Assembly (NCBI GenBank): GCA_021793675.1
Contig: JAJYSG010000004.1
Span: 2,536 to 66,535 of the forward strand
Direction: 5' to 3'
DNA length: 64,000 nucleotides
DNA from: Actinomycetes bacterium
GTDB lineage: Bacteria > Actinomycetota > Actinomycetes > Actinomycetales > Cellulomonadaceae
Shown piece after piece: positions 18,655 through 29,219 of the stretch (positions are counted from its first letter, which is position 1; every line of letters starts with the position of its first letter). Under the pieces are notes generated by a model, which did no database searches, was not told where the DNA came from, and was given only the letters and a program-made list of their open reading frames with translations. The position numbers and the translations under genes are program-made.

Positions 18655-19087
18655 GCGGTCGCCCGGTGGCGTCGGGGACGACGAGAGCCGGAGCCGTGAG
18701 CAGCGACCCGAGAGCACCGTCCTGAGCGCCGGCACGTGCCACGGCGGAGCCGGTTGCGTCACGGCGGCTCCCGGGCAGGGGTGCTCCCGATGCATCGCGT
18801 CCTCGCCGGCGCCACGCCGAGCCCGTGGGTGGACGCGTTCGTCGGCGGCGGCACGACTCCGGCGACGCTCGGCCGGCGGCTGAGCCCCGGCGACGCTCGG
18901 CCGACGGCCCACCGCGGCGGGCTCGGAGCCTCCCGGACGGCGAGCCCGTCCCCGGACCGCTCGGGACCATCGCCCGGCAAGCGTTGGCGCGCTCGCGACT
19001 GGCCTGCGCGCACATCGCCATCGACGGCGCGTCGTCGGCGTGAGCCGCGCACTCGTGCTGCCTGGGGCGCGATGAGCCGGTGCGCCG

Positions 19088-19825
19088 TCAGCGCAGCGCG
19101 TAGGTGGCGACCGAGACCGCGATGTAGTGCGTGGTGAAGCCCACGACCGTCAGCGAGTGGAAGATCTCGTGGAAGCCGAACCAGCGCGGGCTGGGGTCGG
19201 GTCGCTTGAAGCCGTAGACCACGGCTCCCAGCGTGTACGCCGCGCCGCCGGCGATGATCAGCCACACGACCGCAGGTCCACCGCTGTGCCAGAACCGCGG
19301 CAGGAACCAGATCGCCGTCCAGCCGAGCGCGACGTAGATCGGCACGTAGAGCCAGCGGGGCGCCCCGAGCCAGAAGACCCGCATGAGCAGGCCGACGAGC
19401 GCGCCGGTCCAGATGACGACGAGCAGCGTCCTGGCCGTGCCGTGCGGCAGCAGCAGCACCGCCAGCGGCGTGTAGGTGCCGGCGATGATGAGGAAGATGT
19501 TCGTGTGGTCCATCCGGCGCAGCACGCGGGCGACGCGCGGCGACCAGTGGCCCCGGTGGTAGACGGCGCTGGTGCCGAACAGCAGCACCGCGGTGATCCC
19601 GAAGACCGTGTTGGCCCAGCGGGCCGGCGCCGTGGGGGACAGGGCGACCAGGACGATCGCGGCGGCGAGGACGAGCGGCGCGACGCCGGCGTGGATCCAG
19701 CCGCGCAGCTTCGGCTTGACCTGGCCGACGAGGTCGGCCGCCGCCCTCGTCGTGCGCGAAGGCAGGTCCCGACCGGGCTCCGTGCGGCCGGGGACGGCTC
19801 CCTCGTCGGCGTGCGCGGAACTCAT
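19088..19825 (-). CDS. trhA: Hemolysin III / PAQR family membrane homeostasis protein
   Basis: KPKLRGWIH, SAVYH, DHTNIFLIIAGTYTP, FGFHEIFH. Confidence 0.93.
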   Translation of the reverse strand: MSSAHADEGAVPGRTEPGRDLPSRTTRAAADLVGQVKPKLRGWIHAGVAPLVLAAAIVLVALSPTAPARWANTVFGITAVLLFGTSAVYHRGHWSPRVARVLRRMDHTNIFLIIAGTYTPLAVLLLPHGTARTLLVVIWTGALVGLLMRVFWLGAPRWLYVPIYVALGWTAIWFLPRFWHSGGPAVVWLIIAGGAAYTLGAVVYGFKRPDPSPRWFGFHEIFHSLTVVGFTTHYIAVSVATYALR

Positions 19826-19850
19826 CGGTCACCCTTCCACGAGCCGGGGT

Positions 19851-19884
19851 CTACGGCTACGCAGGTTACGCAACCGTAGGTTAC
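19851..19884. promoter_or_regulatory. Tandem TACG-N4-CGTA-type palindromes upstream of trhA, probable operator
   Basis: CTACG-GCTA-CGCAG and TTACG-CAAC-CGTAG with 15-bp period. Confidence 0.5.
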
Positions 19885-20022
19885 CTGTCGACGCAGCGGC
19901 GCGTCGTGAGAGTGCTGTGTTCGTTCGTCGTGCCCCGGCACCAGGACCCCGCGAGGAGGAGGGGGAGCGGGATACCGTGGGGTGCTGCCGTGCCCGCGGC
20001 CTCGCCCCAGGAGAGTGCACCG

Positions 20023-20778
20023 ATGCCCCATCCGCTCTACGGACTGTACGAGCGCCGGCTGCTGGCCAGCCTGTCTCGGGAGCGGATGCCACGGCACGTC
20101 GGGGTGATCCTGGACGGCAACCGGCGGTGGGCGCGGTCCATCGGCCTGGATCCCACCACGGGCCACCAACGCGGCGCGGACAAGATCGCCGAGGTCCTCG
20201 GCTGGTGCGAGGACGTGGGCGTCGAGGTCGTCACGCTGTGGATGCTCTCGACCGACAACCTCTCCCGGGACGCCTCCGAGCTGGTGCCGCTCCTGGAGAT
20301 CATCGAGGAGGCCGTCGCCAAGCTGGCCGCCACCCGGCGCTGGCGGCTGCAGCCCATGGGCTCGCTGGACATGCTCCCCGAGAGCACGACGAAGGCGCTC
20401 AAGGCCGCCGAGGCGGCGACCGCCGATGTCGCGGGGCTGCACGTCAACGTCGCCGTCGGGTACGGCGGCCGTTACGAGATCGCCGACGCGGTGCGCTCCT
20501 ACCTGCGCGAGGAGGCCGATCGCGGCGCGTCGCTCGAGAGCCTCATCGACGACTTCGACGTCGAGCACATCGCCGCGCACCTGTACACCAAGGGCCAGCC
20601 CGACCTGGACCTCGTCATCCGCACGTCCGGCGAGCAGCGGCTGGGCGGGTTCCTGCTGTGGCAGAGCGCGGAGTCCGAGTTCTACTTCTGCGAGGCGTAC
20701 TGGCCGGACTTCCGGAAGGTGGACTTCCTGCGCGCGATCCGCGCGTTCGCGGTGCGGGAGCGGCGGTTCGGGCTCTAG
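20023..20778 (+). CDS. Short-chain Z-isoprenyl diphosphate synthase (UppS family, Rv1086-like)
   Basis: HVGVILDGNRRWA, LSTDNL, IRTSGEQRL, YWPDF, RRFG. Confidence 0.93.
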   Translation: MPHPLYGLYERRLLASLSRERMPRHVGVILDGNRRWARSIGLDPTTGHQRGADKIAEVLGWCEDVGVEVVTLWMLSTDNLSRDASELVPLLEIIEEAVAKLAATRRWRLQPMGSLDMLPESTTKALKAAEAATADVAGLHVNVAVGYGGRYEIADAVRSYLREEADRGASLESLIDDFDVEHIAAHLYTKGQPDLDLVIRTSGEQRLGGFLLWQSAESEFYFCEAYWPDFRKVDFLRAIRAFAVRERRFGL

Positions 20779-21067
20779 CGGGTTGCCGGTGGCCGGCGGG
20801 TCCGCGAGCGCTGGTGAACTCGAGGTGACGAGCGCGCGTGTCGGCGACGGTCCGGGGCGAGCCGGAGCTACCGTCCGGCGGTAGAGGGGTGGCGCCCGCC
20901 GCCCCCCGGGAGGCCAGCCCATGGAGCATCCGCTCCGGACGGGAGGGGTCGCCCGGCCCCTTCGGGTCGGCCGACCGAAACCCGCAGCCGAGCGCCGCAG
21001 GGCCACCGTCAGGGTGGCCGGCGCGAGGTGCCCGGATCGGCGCTGACAGCGCCGGAGGGAGCCTGCC

Positions 21068-22441
21068 GTGGTCGCCAAGAAGAGCCTGACGTCGACCCTC
21101 GAGGTCGTCGAGCCCGCCACGAGGACCCACGTGCTCGACACCTCGGTGCTCCTCTCCGATCCCAAGGCGATCGCCCGGTTCGCCGAGCACGACGTGGTGC
21201 TCCCGGTGGTGGTCATCACCGAGCTGGAGGCGAAGCGGCACCATGCCGAGCTGGGGTACTTCGCCCGGGCGGCGCTCCGCGTGCTCGACGACCTGCGCGT
21301 GACGTACGGCCGGCTCGACGCGCCGATCCCGGTCAACGACCAGGGCGGCACGGTGCGGGTCGAGCTCAACCATGTCGACCCGAGCGTGCTGCCTGCGGGG
21401 TTCCGTCTCGGCGACAACGACAGCCGCATCCTGGCGGTCGCGGCCAACCTCGCCGCCGAGGGGTGCGACGTCACGGTGGTCTCCAAGGACCTGCCGATGC
21501 GGGTCAAGGCCGCGGCGGTCGGGCTGCGGGCGGAGGAGTACCGGCACGAGCTGGCGGTGGACTCCGGGTGGACCGGGATGGATGCGCTCGACGTCTCCGA
21601 GCAGCAGATGGCCCAGCTCTACGAGGGTGAGCCGGTCGCGCTCGCCGACCTCGACCTGACGGCGGGGCTGCAGCCGGGCGACGCGCCGCGTGACCTGCCG
21701 TGCCACACCGGGCTGGTGCTGCACAGCCCGCGCGGGTCGGGGCTGGGGCGCGTGACCGCCGACAAGCAGGTGCGGCTGGTGCGCGGCGACATGGACGTCT
21801 TCGGGCTGCACGGCCGATCCGCCGAGCAGCGCATCGCGATCGACCTGCTGCTCGACGAGGAGATCGGCATCGTGTCCCTCGGCGGCCGGGCCGGCACCGG
21901 CAAGTCGGCGCTCGCGCTGTGCGCCGGCCTCGAGGCGGTGCTCGAGCGCCGTCAGCACCGCAAGGTCATGGTGTTCCGGCCGTTGTACGCGGTGGGCGGC
22001 CAGGAGCTCGGCTACCTGCCCGGCAGCGAGTCCGAGAAGATGAACCCGTGGGCTGAAGCGGTGTTCGACACCCTCTCCTCGGTGGTCAGCCGGGAGGTGG
22101 TCGACGAGGTGCTCGACCGCGGCATGCTCGAGGTGCTGCCGCTGACGCACATCCGGGGCCGCTCGCTGCACGACGCCTTCGTCATCGTCGACGAGGCCCA
22201 GTCGCTCGAGCGCAACGTGCTGCTGACGGTCCTGTCGCGGATCGGGCAGTCCTCGCGCGTCGTCCTGACCCATGACGTCGCACAACGCGACAACCTGCGG
22301 GTGGGGCGGCACGACGGGGTCGCGGCGGTCATCGAGGCGCTCAAGGGTCACCCGTTGTTCGCCCATGTCACGCTGACGCGCTCCGAGCGCTCGCCCGTCG
22401 CGGCCCTCGTCACCGAGCTGCTCGAGGGCATCGAGGCGTAG
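21068..22441 (+). CDS. PIN-PhoH protein (PhoH2-like RNase/ATPase)
   Basis: PIN motifs LDTSVL and DNDSRIL; Walker A GRAGTGKS; HIRGRSL; VDEAQ. Confidence 0.95.
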   Translation: MVAKKSLTSTLEVVEPATRTHVLDTSVLLSDPKAIARFAEHDVVLPVVVITELEAKRHHAELGYFARAALRVLDDLRVTYGRLDAPIPVNDQGGTVRVELNHVDPSVLPAGFRLGDNDSRILAVAANLAAEGCDVTVVSKDLPMRVKAAAVGLRAEEYRHELAVDSGWTGMDALDVSEQQMAQLYEGEPVALADLDLTAGLQPGDAPRDLPCHTGLVLHSPRGSGLGRVTADKQVRLVRGDMDVFGLHGRSAEQRIAIDLLLDEEIGIVSLGGRAGTGKSALALCAGLEAVLERRQHRKVMVFRPLYAVGGQELGYLPGSESEKMNPWAEAVFDTLSSVVSREVVDEVLDRGMLEVLPLTHIRGRSLHDAFVIVDEAQSLERNVLLTVLSRIGQSSRVVLTHDVAQRDNLRVGRHDGVAAVIEALKGHPLFAHVTLTRSERSPVAALVTELLEGIEA

Positions 22442-22590
22442 CCGCACGACGAGGCCTGGGCCGGGGGTCGCAGGTCGCCGGCGGTCGCCCGGATCCGTTC
22501 GTCGAACTGCCCGCACGGGGCGCGCCGCATGGCTAGCGTCTTGTCCGAGTCGTGCCGCGTCGCGGCGCACCGTCTTCTTCGGAGCCCATC

Positions 22591-23067
22591 GTGTCCGTGC
22601 CCGGTCCCACTCCCGCCGACCCGCAGCCCGAGAGCACGCCGTACCCGCCGGCCCAGCAGCCGTACGGTGGCCAGGCGCCCTACGACGGGGCCGGGTACCC
22701 GGGGCAGGCGCCCTACGGCGGCCCGGCGCCCCAGGCGCCGTACCCGGGGCAGGCGCCCTACGCAGGGCAGGCGCCCCAGGCGCCGTACCCGGGGCAGGCG
22801 CCCTACGCAGGGCAGGCGCCGTACGCCGCCGCCGCACCCATCGGGTATGCGAGCCGGAAGAATCTCCTCGTCGCCTCCCTGCTGTGCTTCTTCCTCGGGG
22901 CCTTCGGCGTCCACCGGTTCTACGTCGGCAAGGTCGGCACCGGGATCCTCCAGCTGGTGACGGTGGGTGGACTCGGCATCTGGACCCTCATCGACTTCAT
23001 CATGCTGGTCTGCCAGGCGTTCAAGGACAGCGACGGCTACCCGCTGCGGTGGGACACCGTGCACTGA
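22591..23067 (+). CDS. TM2 domain protein with Pro/Gln/Tyr-rich N-terminus
   Basis: FLGAFGVHRFYVGK...GGLGIWTLIDFI TM2 motif; start approximate. Confidence 0.88.
   Translation: MSVPGPTPADPQPESTPYPPAQQPYGGQAPYDGAGYPGQAPYGGPAPQAPYPGQAPYAGQAPQAPYPGQAPYAGQAPYAAAAPIGYASRKNLLVASLLCFFLGAFGVHRFYVGKVGTGILQLVTVGGLGIWTLIDFIMLVCQAFKDSDGYPLRWDTVH
22671..22826. repeat. Coding tandem repeats (GQAPY units; 45-bp unit APQAPYPGQAPYAGQ)
   Basis: Seen directly. Confidence 0.85.
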
Positions 23068-23261
23068 CGGCGAGCGGATGACGGGGGCGGTCCGGAGTCT
23101 CGGGCCGCCCTTCGTCGTCCTCGTCCTCGTCGGGGCCTCGTCGATCTCCGCGGCGCAGGCCGTGCCGCTGCGCCGTGCCGGTGGCGGGCTGCGCCGGTGG
23201 CGGGCTGCGCCGCGCTGTTCCGGTGGCGCGGGGCTGGTGGTGGCGTGGCGAATGGCTTACT

Positions 23262-23290
23262 GTTCCGTAGGAACTATTCCGATGGGAATA
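23262..23290. promoter_or_regulatory. Two adjacent inverted repeats, probable PadR operator
   Basis: GTTCC-GTA-GGAAC and TATTCC-GATG-GGAATA in an AT-rich patch upstream of padR. Confidence 0.65.
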
Positions 23291-23306
23291 TATCGACAGG
23301 AGCATC

Positions 23307-23924
23307 ATGGCCGAGCTGCCGGTGGTCGCCGTCATGGCCCTCGCGCTGCTGCACGAGGAGCCGATGCATCCGTACGAGATCTTCCGCACGCTCGAGCAGC
23401 GCTCGGAGACGAGGCTCGCCCGTGTCACCGCGGGAGCGGTATACCACGCGGTCGAGCGGCTGGTGGCCGACGGGTTGGCCGAGCCGGTCGGCACCGAGCG
23501 CGAGGGCAAGCGACCCGAGCGCACCACCTACCGGGCGACCCCGGCCGGAACCGGCGCCCTGCTGCCGCGGCTGACCAGCCTGCTGGCCGACGACCACCGC
23601 ACGTACCCGGCGTTCGCGGTGGGTCTCGCCGAGGCGCCGCACCTGCCGCGCGCCGGCGTCATCGCCGCCCTCGTCGCGCGCCGCGACCGGCAGGCGGCCG
23701 CGCTGTCCTGGAGCCGAACCACCCTCGCCCAGCTGCAGCAGCAGCGCGGGCTCCCGCTCCGCTTCGTCCTCGACGTGGACCACGAGACCGCGATGCTGGC
23801 GGCCGAGGTGGCCTGGCTCGACGACATCGTCCAGCGTCTGGAGGCCGACCCCGACCTGTGGGAGTCGGACCAGGTCCTCGCCGGCACGGCGGATGTCAGT
23901 GCCGTGCCGCATCCTGCTTCCTAG
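23307..23924 (+). CDS. PadR family transcriptional regulator
   Basis: EEPMHPYEI, GAVYHAVERL, RPERTTY. Confidence 0.92.
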   Translation: MAELPVVAVMALALLHEEPMHPYEIFRTLEQRSETRLARVTAGAVYHAVERLVADGLAEPVGTEREGKRPERTTYRATPAGTGALLPRLTSLLADDHRTYPAFAVGLAEAPHLPRAGVIAALVARRDRQAAALSWSRTTLAQLQQQRGLPLRFVLDVDHETAMLAAEVAWLDDIVQRLEADPDLWESDQVLAGTADVSAVPHPAS

Positions 23925-23954
23925 CCCGCCCCAGCCAGCCCCTGAGGAGATCTC

Positions 23955-25637
23955 ATGTCCACCACCACGGCGCCGCCCGCGCTCGTCGACCTCCACGGCC
24001 GCAGCCCCTGGACCATCCTTCCGGGCCTCTGCCTGGGCTTCTTCATGATCATGATCGACATGACGATCGTGAACATCGCCGTGCCGACGCTCCAGGCGAC
24101 GTTCCACGTCGGCATCACCGCGGTCGGCTGGGTCAACAGCGCCTACCTCCTGACGTTCGCGGTGCTGCTGCTGGTCACCGGGCGGCTCGGGGACCGGTTC
24201 GGGCCGCGGCCGGTGTTCGTCGGGGGTCTCGTCGTCTTCACGCTCGCGTCGGCCGCCTGCGGTGTGGCGCCCTCCATCGGGTGGCTCGTCGCGGCCCGGG
24301 CCGTCCAGGGCATCGGCGGCGCCATGATGACGCCGCAGACCATGGCGATGATCACCCGGGTTTTCCCGCCGCGGAGCCGGGGAGCCGCGCTCGGCCTGTG
24401 GGGCTCGGTGGCGGGCGTCGCGACGATCGCCGGACCGCTGCTCGGTGGCGTGCTCGTGGAGACCGCCGGGTGGGAGTGGATCTTCTACGTCAACGTGCCG
24501 GTGGGCGTCGTCGCGCTGATCTTCTCGCTGCGCTGGCTGCCCCGGCTCGAGACGCACGACCGGTCGTTCGACGTGCTGGGCATGGTGCTGTCGGTCGCCG
24601 GGATGTTCCTCCTCGTCTTCGGCATCCAGGAGGGATCCACCTACGACTGGGGCACCATCCGTGGCCCGATCACGGTGTGGGGCGTGGTCGGCCTCGGCGT
24701 CGTCGTGCTGGGCGCGTTCGGGTGGCTGCAGCTGCGCCGTGGCGACGACGCACTGCTGCCGATGCGGCTGTTCCGGAACCGCACGTTCCTGCTCGCCAAC
24801 GCGTCGGGTGGCGCGCTCGGGTTCGCGATGGTCGGCATCTTCTTCCCGCTGACGATCTTCCTGCAGTCGATCCTGGGCCTCTCGCCGATCCGGGCGGCGC
24901 TCATCAGCCTGCCGGGTTCGCTGATCTCCGGCCTGGCGGCCCCCGTCGCGGGCCGGCTCTCCGACAAGGTCCCGCCGAAGTGGATCGTCGTGTTCGGCTT
25001 CCTCATGTTCACCGTGTCGGTGTTCTGGCTGGCGGCATGGATCAACGCCGAGGCGTCACCTTGGCGGCTGCTCGCCCCCATGTCGTTGTTCGGGTTCGGG
25101 ACCGGGACGGTGTTCTCGCCCCTCAGCAACCTCGCGGCATCCGCGCTGGACCATCGGACGGCCGGCGCCGGGGCGGGTGTGTTCAACACGAACCGGCAGG
25201 TGGGGTCGGTCATCGGCTCGGCCGCCATGGTGGCGCTGCTCACGTCGCGACTGAGCCACACCATCGCGGCATCGGCCCAGACCGCGGCGACGCAGCTCCC
25301 CGCGCAGTTCCGCCCGCAGTTCCTCGCGGCGTTCGCGCACCTCTCGTCGGCCGACTTCTCGGGCGCCAGCACGAACGGCCCGAACGCGTTCCCGCTGCCG
25401 CCGGGCATCCCGGCGAACGTCGCCAGCCAGGTGCGCCAGCTCGCGCTCGGCGCGGTGCACGACGGATTCGCGGCTGCGGCCACGCAGTCGATCATGCTCG
25501 CGGCCGCCGTGTTCTTCGTCGGCCTGCTCGCGGCGCTGGCGATGCGGTCGCAGCGGATCCACCATGGGTCTCCCAGCCCCGTGGACGGCGGGGGCGTCGG
25601 GCAGGCGCAGCCGGTCCGGGCCGTCGTCGAGGGCTGA
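23955..25637 (+). CDS. DHA2 (14-TM) MFS drug efflux permease
   Basis: DMTIVNIAVP, GRLGDRFG, RAVQGIG, GPLLGG, WIFYVNVPVG. Confidence 0.95.
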   Translation: MSTTTAPPALVDLHGRSPWTILPGLCLGFFMIMIDMTIVNIAVPTLQATFHVGITAVGWVNSAYLLTFAVLLLVTGRLGDRFGPRPVFVGGLVVFTLASAACGVAPSIGWLVAARAVQGIGGAMMTPQTMAMITRVFPPRSRGAALGLWGSVAGVATIAGPLLGGVLVETAGWEWIFYVNVPVGVVALIFSLRWLPRLETHDRSFDVLGMVLSVAGMFLLVFGIQEGSTYDWGTIRGPITVWGVVGLGVVVLGAFGWLQLRRGDDALLPMRLFRNRTFLLANASGGALGFAMVGIFFPLTIFLQSILGLSPIRAALISLPGSLISGLAAPVAGRLSDKVPPKWIVVFGFLMFTVSVFWLAAWINAEASPWRLLAPMSLFGFGTGTVFSPLSNLAASALDHRTAGAGAGVFNTNRQVGSVIGSAAMVALLTSRLSHTIAASAQTAATQLPAQFRPQFLAAFAHLSSADFSGASTNGPNAFPLPPGIPANVASQVRQLALGAVHDGFAAAATQSIMLAAAVFFVGLLAALAMRSQRIHHGSPSPVDGGGVGQAQPVRAVVEG

Positions 25638-25700
25638 GCCCGCCGGCCGGCGACGTCTCGGGTCGAGGGTGTGGCGGCGGGCCCGGCCCGTCGCGGTTGG

Positions 25701-27107
25701 TCAGGCCTGCGGCGGGCGGGTCATCGACAGCACGTCGAGCGCAACGTCCAGCTGTGCCTCGGTGACCTCCCCGCGCTCGACGAAGCCGAGGTCGACCACC
25801 GCCTGGCGCACCGTGATCCCGTGCTTGACGGCGTGCTTGGCGACCTTGGCCGCCGCTTCGTAGCCGATCACACGGTTCAACGGCGTGACGATCGAGGGCG
25901 ACGACTCCGCCAGGGCCCGGGCCCGCCCGACGTTCGCGGTGATCCCGGCGACTGCCTTGTCGGCGAGTAGCCGGCAGGCGTTCGACAGCAGCCGCAGCGA
26001 CTCCAGCACCGCCTGCGCGATGACCGGGATCTGCACGTTGAGCTCGAAGGCGCCGGAGGCGCCCGCCCACGCGACCGTGGCGTCGTTGCCGACGACGCGG
26101 GCGGCCACCATCAGGGTCGCTTCCGGGATCACCGGGTTGACCTTGCCCGGCATGATCGAGGACCCCGGCTGCAGGTCGGGCAGCGCGATCTCGCCGAGCC
26201 CGGTGTTCGGGCCGGAGCCCATCCACCGCAGGTCGTTGCAGACCTTCGTCAGGCTGACCGCGATGGTTCGCAGCACACCAGACAGCTCGACGAGCCCGTC
26301 CCGCGCGCCCTGCGCCTCGAAGTGGTTGCGAGCCTCCGTCAGGGGCAGTCCGGTGTCCTCGCGCAGCAGCGCGATGACGCGCTGCGGGAAGCCCGCCGGC
26401 GTGTTGATGCCGGTGCCGACGGCCGTGCCGCCCAGCGGCACCTCGGCGACGCGGGGGAGTGCCGCCTCGAGCCGTTCGATCCCGTACCGGATCGCCGCCG
26501 CGTAGCCGCCGAACTCCTGGCCGAGCGTCACCGGAGTGGCGTCCATGAGGTGGGTGCGACCGGACTTGACGACGTCGGCGAACTCGTCGGCCTTCGCCTC
26601 GAGTGCCTCCGCGAGATGCGCCAGCGCCGGCACCAGGTCGTTCACCACGGCGCCGGTCGCCGCGACGTGCACCGACGTCGGGAACACGTCGTTGCTCGAC
26701 TGGGAGGCGTTGACGTGGTCGTTGGGGTGGACGTCGCGACCCAGGGAGCGCGTCGCCAGGGTGGCGACCACCTCGTTGGCGTTCATGTTCGAGCTGGTGC
26801 CCGAACCCGTCTGGTAGACGTCGACCGGGAAGTCGGCGTCGTGCGCCCCGGCCGCCACCTGCTCGGCGGCAGCCACGATCGCGGCGGCGATGTCGGCCGG
26901 CAGCACGCCGAGCTCGGCGTTGGCGCGCGCGGCGGCCTTCTTGATGCGGGCGAGCGCTGCGATGTGCGCCCGTTCGAGCGTGGTGCCGGAGATGGGGAAG
27001 TTCTCCACGGCGCGCTGCGTCTGGGCACGGTAGAGCGCCGCCGCGGGCACCCTCACCTCGCCCATCGTGTCGTGCTCGATGCGGAAGTCGCCGGTGACGT
27101 CGCTCAT
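25701..27107 (-). CDS. fumC: Class II fumarate hydratase
   Basis: [30 protein letters not shown]. Confidence 0.97.
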   Translation of the reverse strand: MSDVTGDFRIEHDTMGEVRVPAAALYRAQTQRAVENFPISGTTLERAHIAALARIKKAAARANAELGVLPADIAAAIVAAAEQVAAGAHDADFPVDVYQTGSGTSSNMNANEVVATLATRSLGRDVHPNDHVNASQSSNDVFPTSVHVAATGAVVNDLVPALAHLAEALEAKADEFADVVKSGRTHLMDATPVTLGQEFGGYAAAIRYGIERLEAALPRVAEVPLGGTAVGTGINTPAGFPQRVIALLREDTGLPLTEARNHFEAQGARDGLVELSGVLRTIAVSLTKVCNDLRWMGSGPNTGLGEIALPDLQPGSSIMPGKVNPVIPEATLMVAARVVGNDATVAWAGASGAFELNVQIPVIAQAVLESLRLLSNACRLLADKAVAGITANVGRARALAESSPSIVTPLNRVIGYEAAAKVAKHAVKHGITVRQAVVDLGFVERGEVTEAQLDVALDVLSMTRPPQA

Positions 27108-27194
27108 GGCCTCATCCTGCCGCAGCGTCCGGGGTGCTCCGACAGTGCGACCGGACGGCCAGGGACCGGACGGCCAGGCCCACGCAGCCCTCTG

Positions 27195-27830
27195 TCACGC
27201 CCGGAGGACGTCGCCGACCACCTCGTCGAGCCTGGCCGTGCCGTCGGCCAACGTGTAGCTGACACCGACGACGGCGCACGTGCCGGCCGCGACGCGGCTG
27301 GCCAGCGTCGCCGAGTAGTCGGTGAGCATGTGCACGGTCGCGCGCAGGTGCTCGCGCGCGAGGTCCTCGACGGCGAGCGACGACACCGGCCGGCCGGACG
27401 CAGTCAGCCCCACGATGCTCGGGATCACCCGGTCGACCACCGCACGTACGAAACCGTGCGTGGTCTGCCCGTCGACGAGCGCCCGGGTCGCTGCCGTCAC
27501 GGCGCCGCACTGGTCGTGGGCCAGGACCACGACCAGGGGCGCTCCGAGCACCTCGACGCCGTACTCGATGGACCCCAGGACCGTCGTGTCGATGACATGG
27601 CCGGCGGTGCGGACGACGAAGGTGTCGCCCAGCCCTTGGTCGAACACGATCTCCGCGGCGACGCGGCTGTCGGAGCAGCCGAACACGACGGCGAAGGGCG
27701 CCTGGCCGGCGCTCAGCTCGGCGCGGTGCTCGACCCCCTGGGACGGGTGGAGCATCCGGCCGGCGACGAAGCGCGCGTTGCCCGCGACGAGCTCGGACCA
27801 CGCGTCGGCGGGAGTGATGGGACGAGTCAT
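27195..27830 (-). CDS. Beta-class carbonic anhydrase
   Basis: GNARF, CSDSRV, HDQCGAV zinc ligands. Confidence 0.95.
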   Translation of the reverse strand: MTRPITPADAWSELVAGNARFVAGRMLHPSQGVEHRAELSAGQAPFAVVFGCSDSRVAAEIVFDQGLGDTFVVRTAGHVIDTTVLGSIEYGVEVLGAPLVVVLAHDQCGAVTAATRALVDGQTTHGFVRAVVDRVIPSIVGLTASGRPVSSLAVEDLAREHLRATVHMLTDYSATLASRVAAGTCAVVGVSYTLADGTARLDEVVGDVLRA

Positions 27831-27898
27831 GCCCTAACGATGCCTTGACCGAGCGTCCGCCGCTCGTGGGGCTCGTGCCTGGGACCAGCCCGCGGGAC

Positions 27899-28828
27899 TC
27901 AGGCCTGCTCGAGCTCGGTTCGGTGCGGTGGGTTGGCGCCGGCCCGCGACACCGTGATCGCGGCGATCCGGATGCACCGGTCGAGTACCCGGCGCAGCGT
28001 CTCCTCGTCGATGCCGTGCAGCGCGGTGCGGCTGCTCGCCCCGAGCAGCCCCTCCGCCCACAGGCCGTCGATGAGGCCGGACATGAAGGAGTCCCCGGCG
28101 CCAACCGTGTCGACCACCGAGATGGGCACGGCGGGGATGCGCAGCCGGGCACCGCTCGCGGTGGCGGCGAACGCGCCCTGTGCGCCGTGCGTCACCACGA
28201 CGAGCGCGGGACCGGAGCGTGCCCAGCGCGCCGCCACCTCGTCGGGCTCCTGCTCCGGGTGCAGCCACAGCAGGTCGTCGTCGCTGGCCTTGACGACGTC
28301 CGCGATGCGCACGAACTCCTGGACCACCTCCAGCGCCTGCGCGGGCGTGCCCATGAGCGCCGGGCGGGCGTTCGGGTCGTAGGTGATGGTCGAGTGGCTC
28401 GCGCGCCGCGTCACCTCGCGCAGCACGGCCGGGCCGCCAGGCAGCAGGGTGGTGGCGATGGAGCCGGTGTGCACGACGAGCGGCGCGTCACCTTCGCCGT
28501 CCGACGAGGCCGGGAGGTCCCACGTGAGGTCGAACTCGTAGCTCGCCTGGCCGAGCGCGTCGAGCCGGGCGCGCGCCACCGGTGTGTGCGCCGGCGACCG
28601 GTCGCCTGTGAGGACGTGCACGCCGGCGGCCTCGAGGTGCGCCGTGACCCGCTTGCCGTACGCGTCGGTGGCCAGCCAGGTCAGCAGGTCCACCGGGCGT
28701 CCGAGGCGCGCGAGGCCCAGCGCGACGTTGGCCGGGCTGCCGCCGGGGTGCTCGTCGCACCGTCCGTCGGCGTGCTCGACGACGTCGACGAGCGCCTCGC
28801 CGATCACCAGGGCCCGCTGCTCGCTCAT
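27899..28828 (-). CDS. PfkB family carbohydrate kinase (fructokinase-like)
   Basis: GEALVD, GGSPANVA, YDPNAR, DTVGAGDSF. Confidence 0.93.
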   Translation of the reverse strand: MSEQRALVIGEALVDVVEHADGRCDEHPGGSPANVALGLARLGRPVDLLTWLATDAYGKRVTAHLEAAGVHVLTGDRSPAHTPVARARLDALGQASYEFDLTWDLPASSDGEGDAPLVVHTGSIATTLLPGGPAVLREVTRRASHSTITYDPNARPALMGTPAQALEVVQEFVRIADVVKASDDDLLWLHPEQEPDEVAARWARSGPALVVVTHGAQGAFAATASGARLRIPAVPISVVDTVGAGDSFMSGLIDGLWAEGLLGASSRTALHGIDEETLRRVLDRCIRIAAITVSRAGANPPHRTELEQA

Positions 28829-29148
28829 TCGTCCACCTCGTCGTCTGCGCCCGCCGACGGCGTGCCCGCCGGCGACGGGCCCGACGCCTCGCCCTGCTCG
28901 CCGTCCGGACCGGCCGCCGCGGGCGCCGCCGCGACCAGCCGCGCCCGGGCGCCGTCCAGCCACTGCTGGCACCGCGCCGCCAGCGCCTCGCCCCGCTCCC
29001 AGAGCGCGAGCGACTCCTCGAGCGTGCCGGCGCCGGCTTCGAGCCGGGCGACGACTGCGACGAGCTCGTCGCGCGCCGCCTCGTAGCCGAGGGCGGCGAT
29101 GTCGGCGTGCGGATCCTCGGCGGGTGGCTTGCGACCTGCGGTGGGCAC
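28825..29148 (-). CDS. xseB: Exodeoxyribonuclease VII small subunit
   Basis: YEAARDEL...LEESLALWERGEAL...CQQWL; start approximate. Confidence 0.93.
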   Translation of the reverse strand: MPTAGRKPPAEDPHADIAALGYEAARDELVAVVARLEAGAGTLEESLALWERGEALAARCQQWLDGARARLVAAAPAAAGPDGEQGEASGPSPAGTPSAGADDEVDE

Positions 29149-29219
29149 GCGCCAAGTCAACCAGCCCCTGCGGACATCCGATGACGGACCCTCGGCCCTC
29201 GGAGCCCGCCGGGTCCGCC

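Noticed and set aside
18655-19087. Short ORFs and a 17-bp repeat in the gap between the amidase and trhA
   Set aside because: No recognisable motif or convincing start; could be a gene remnant but cannot be supported.
23177-23240. 16-bp GCCGGTGGCGGGCTGC duplication upstream of padR
   Set aside because: Two copies of very GC-rich sequence; likely slippage with no evident function.
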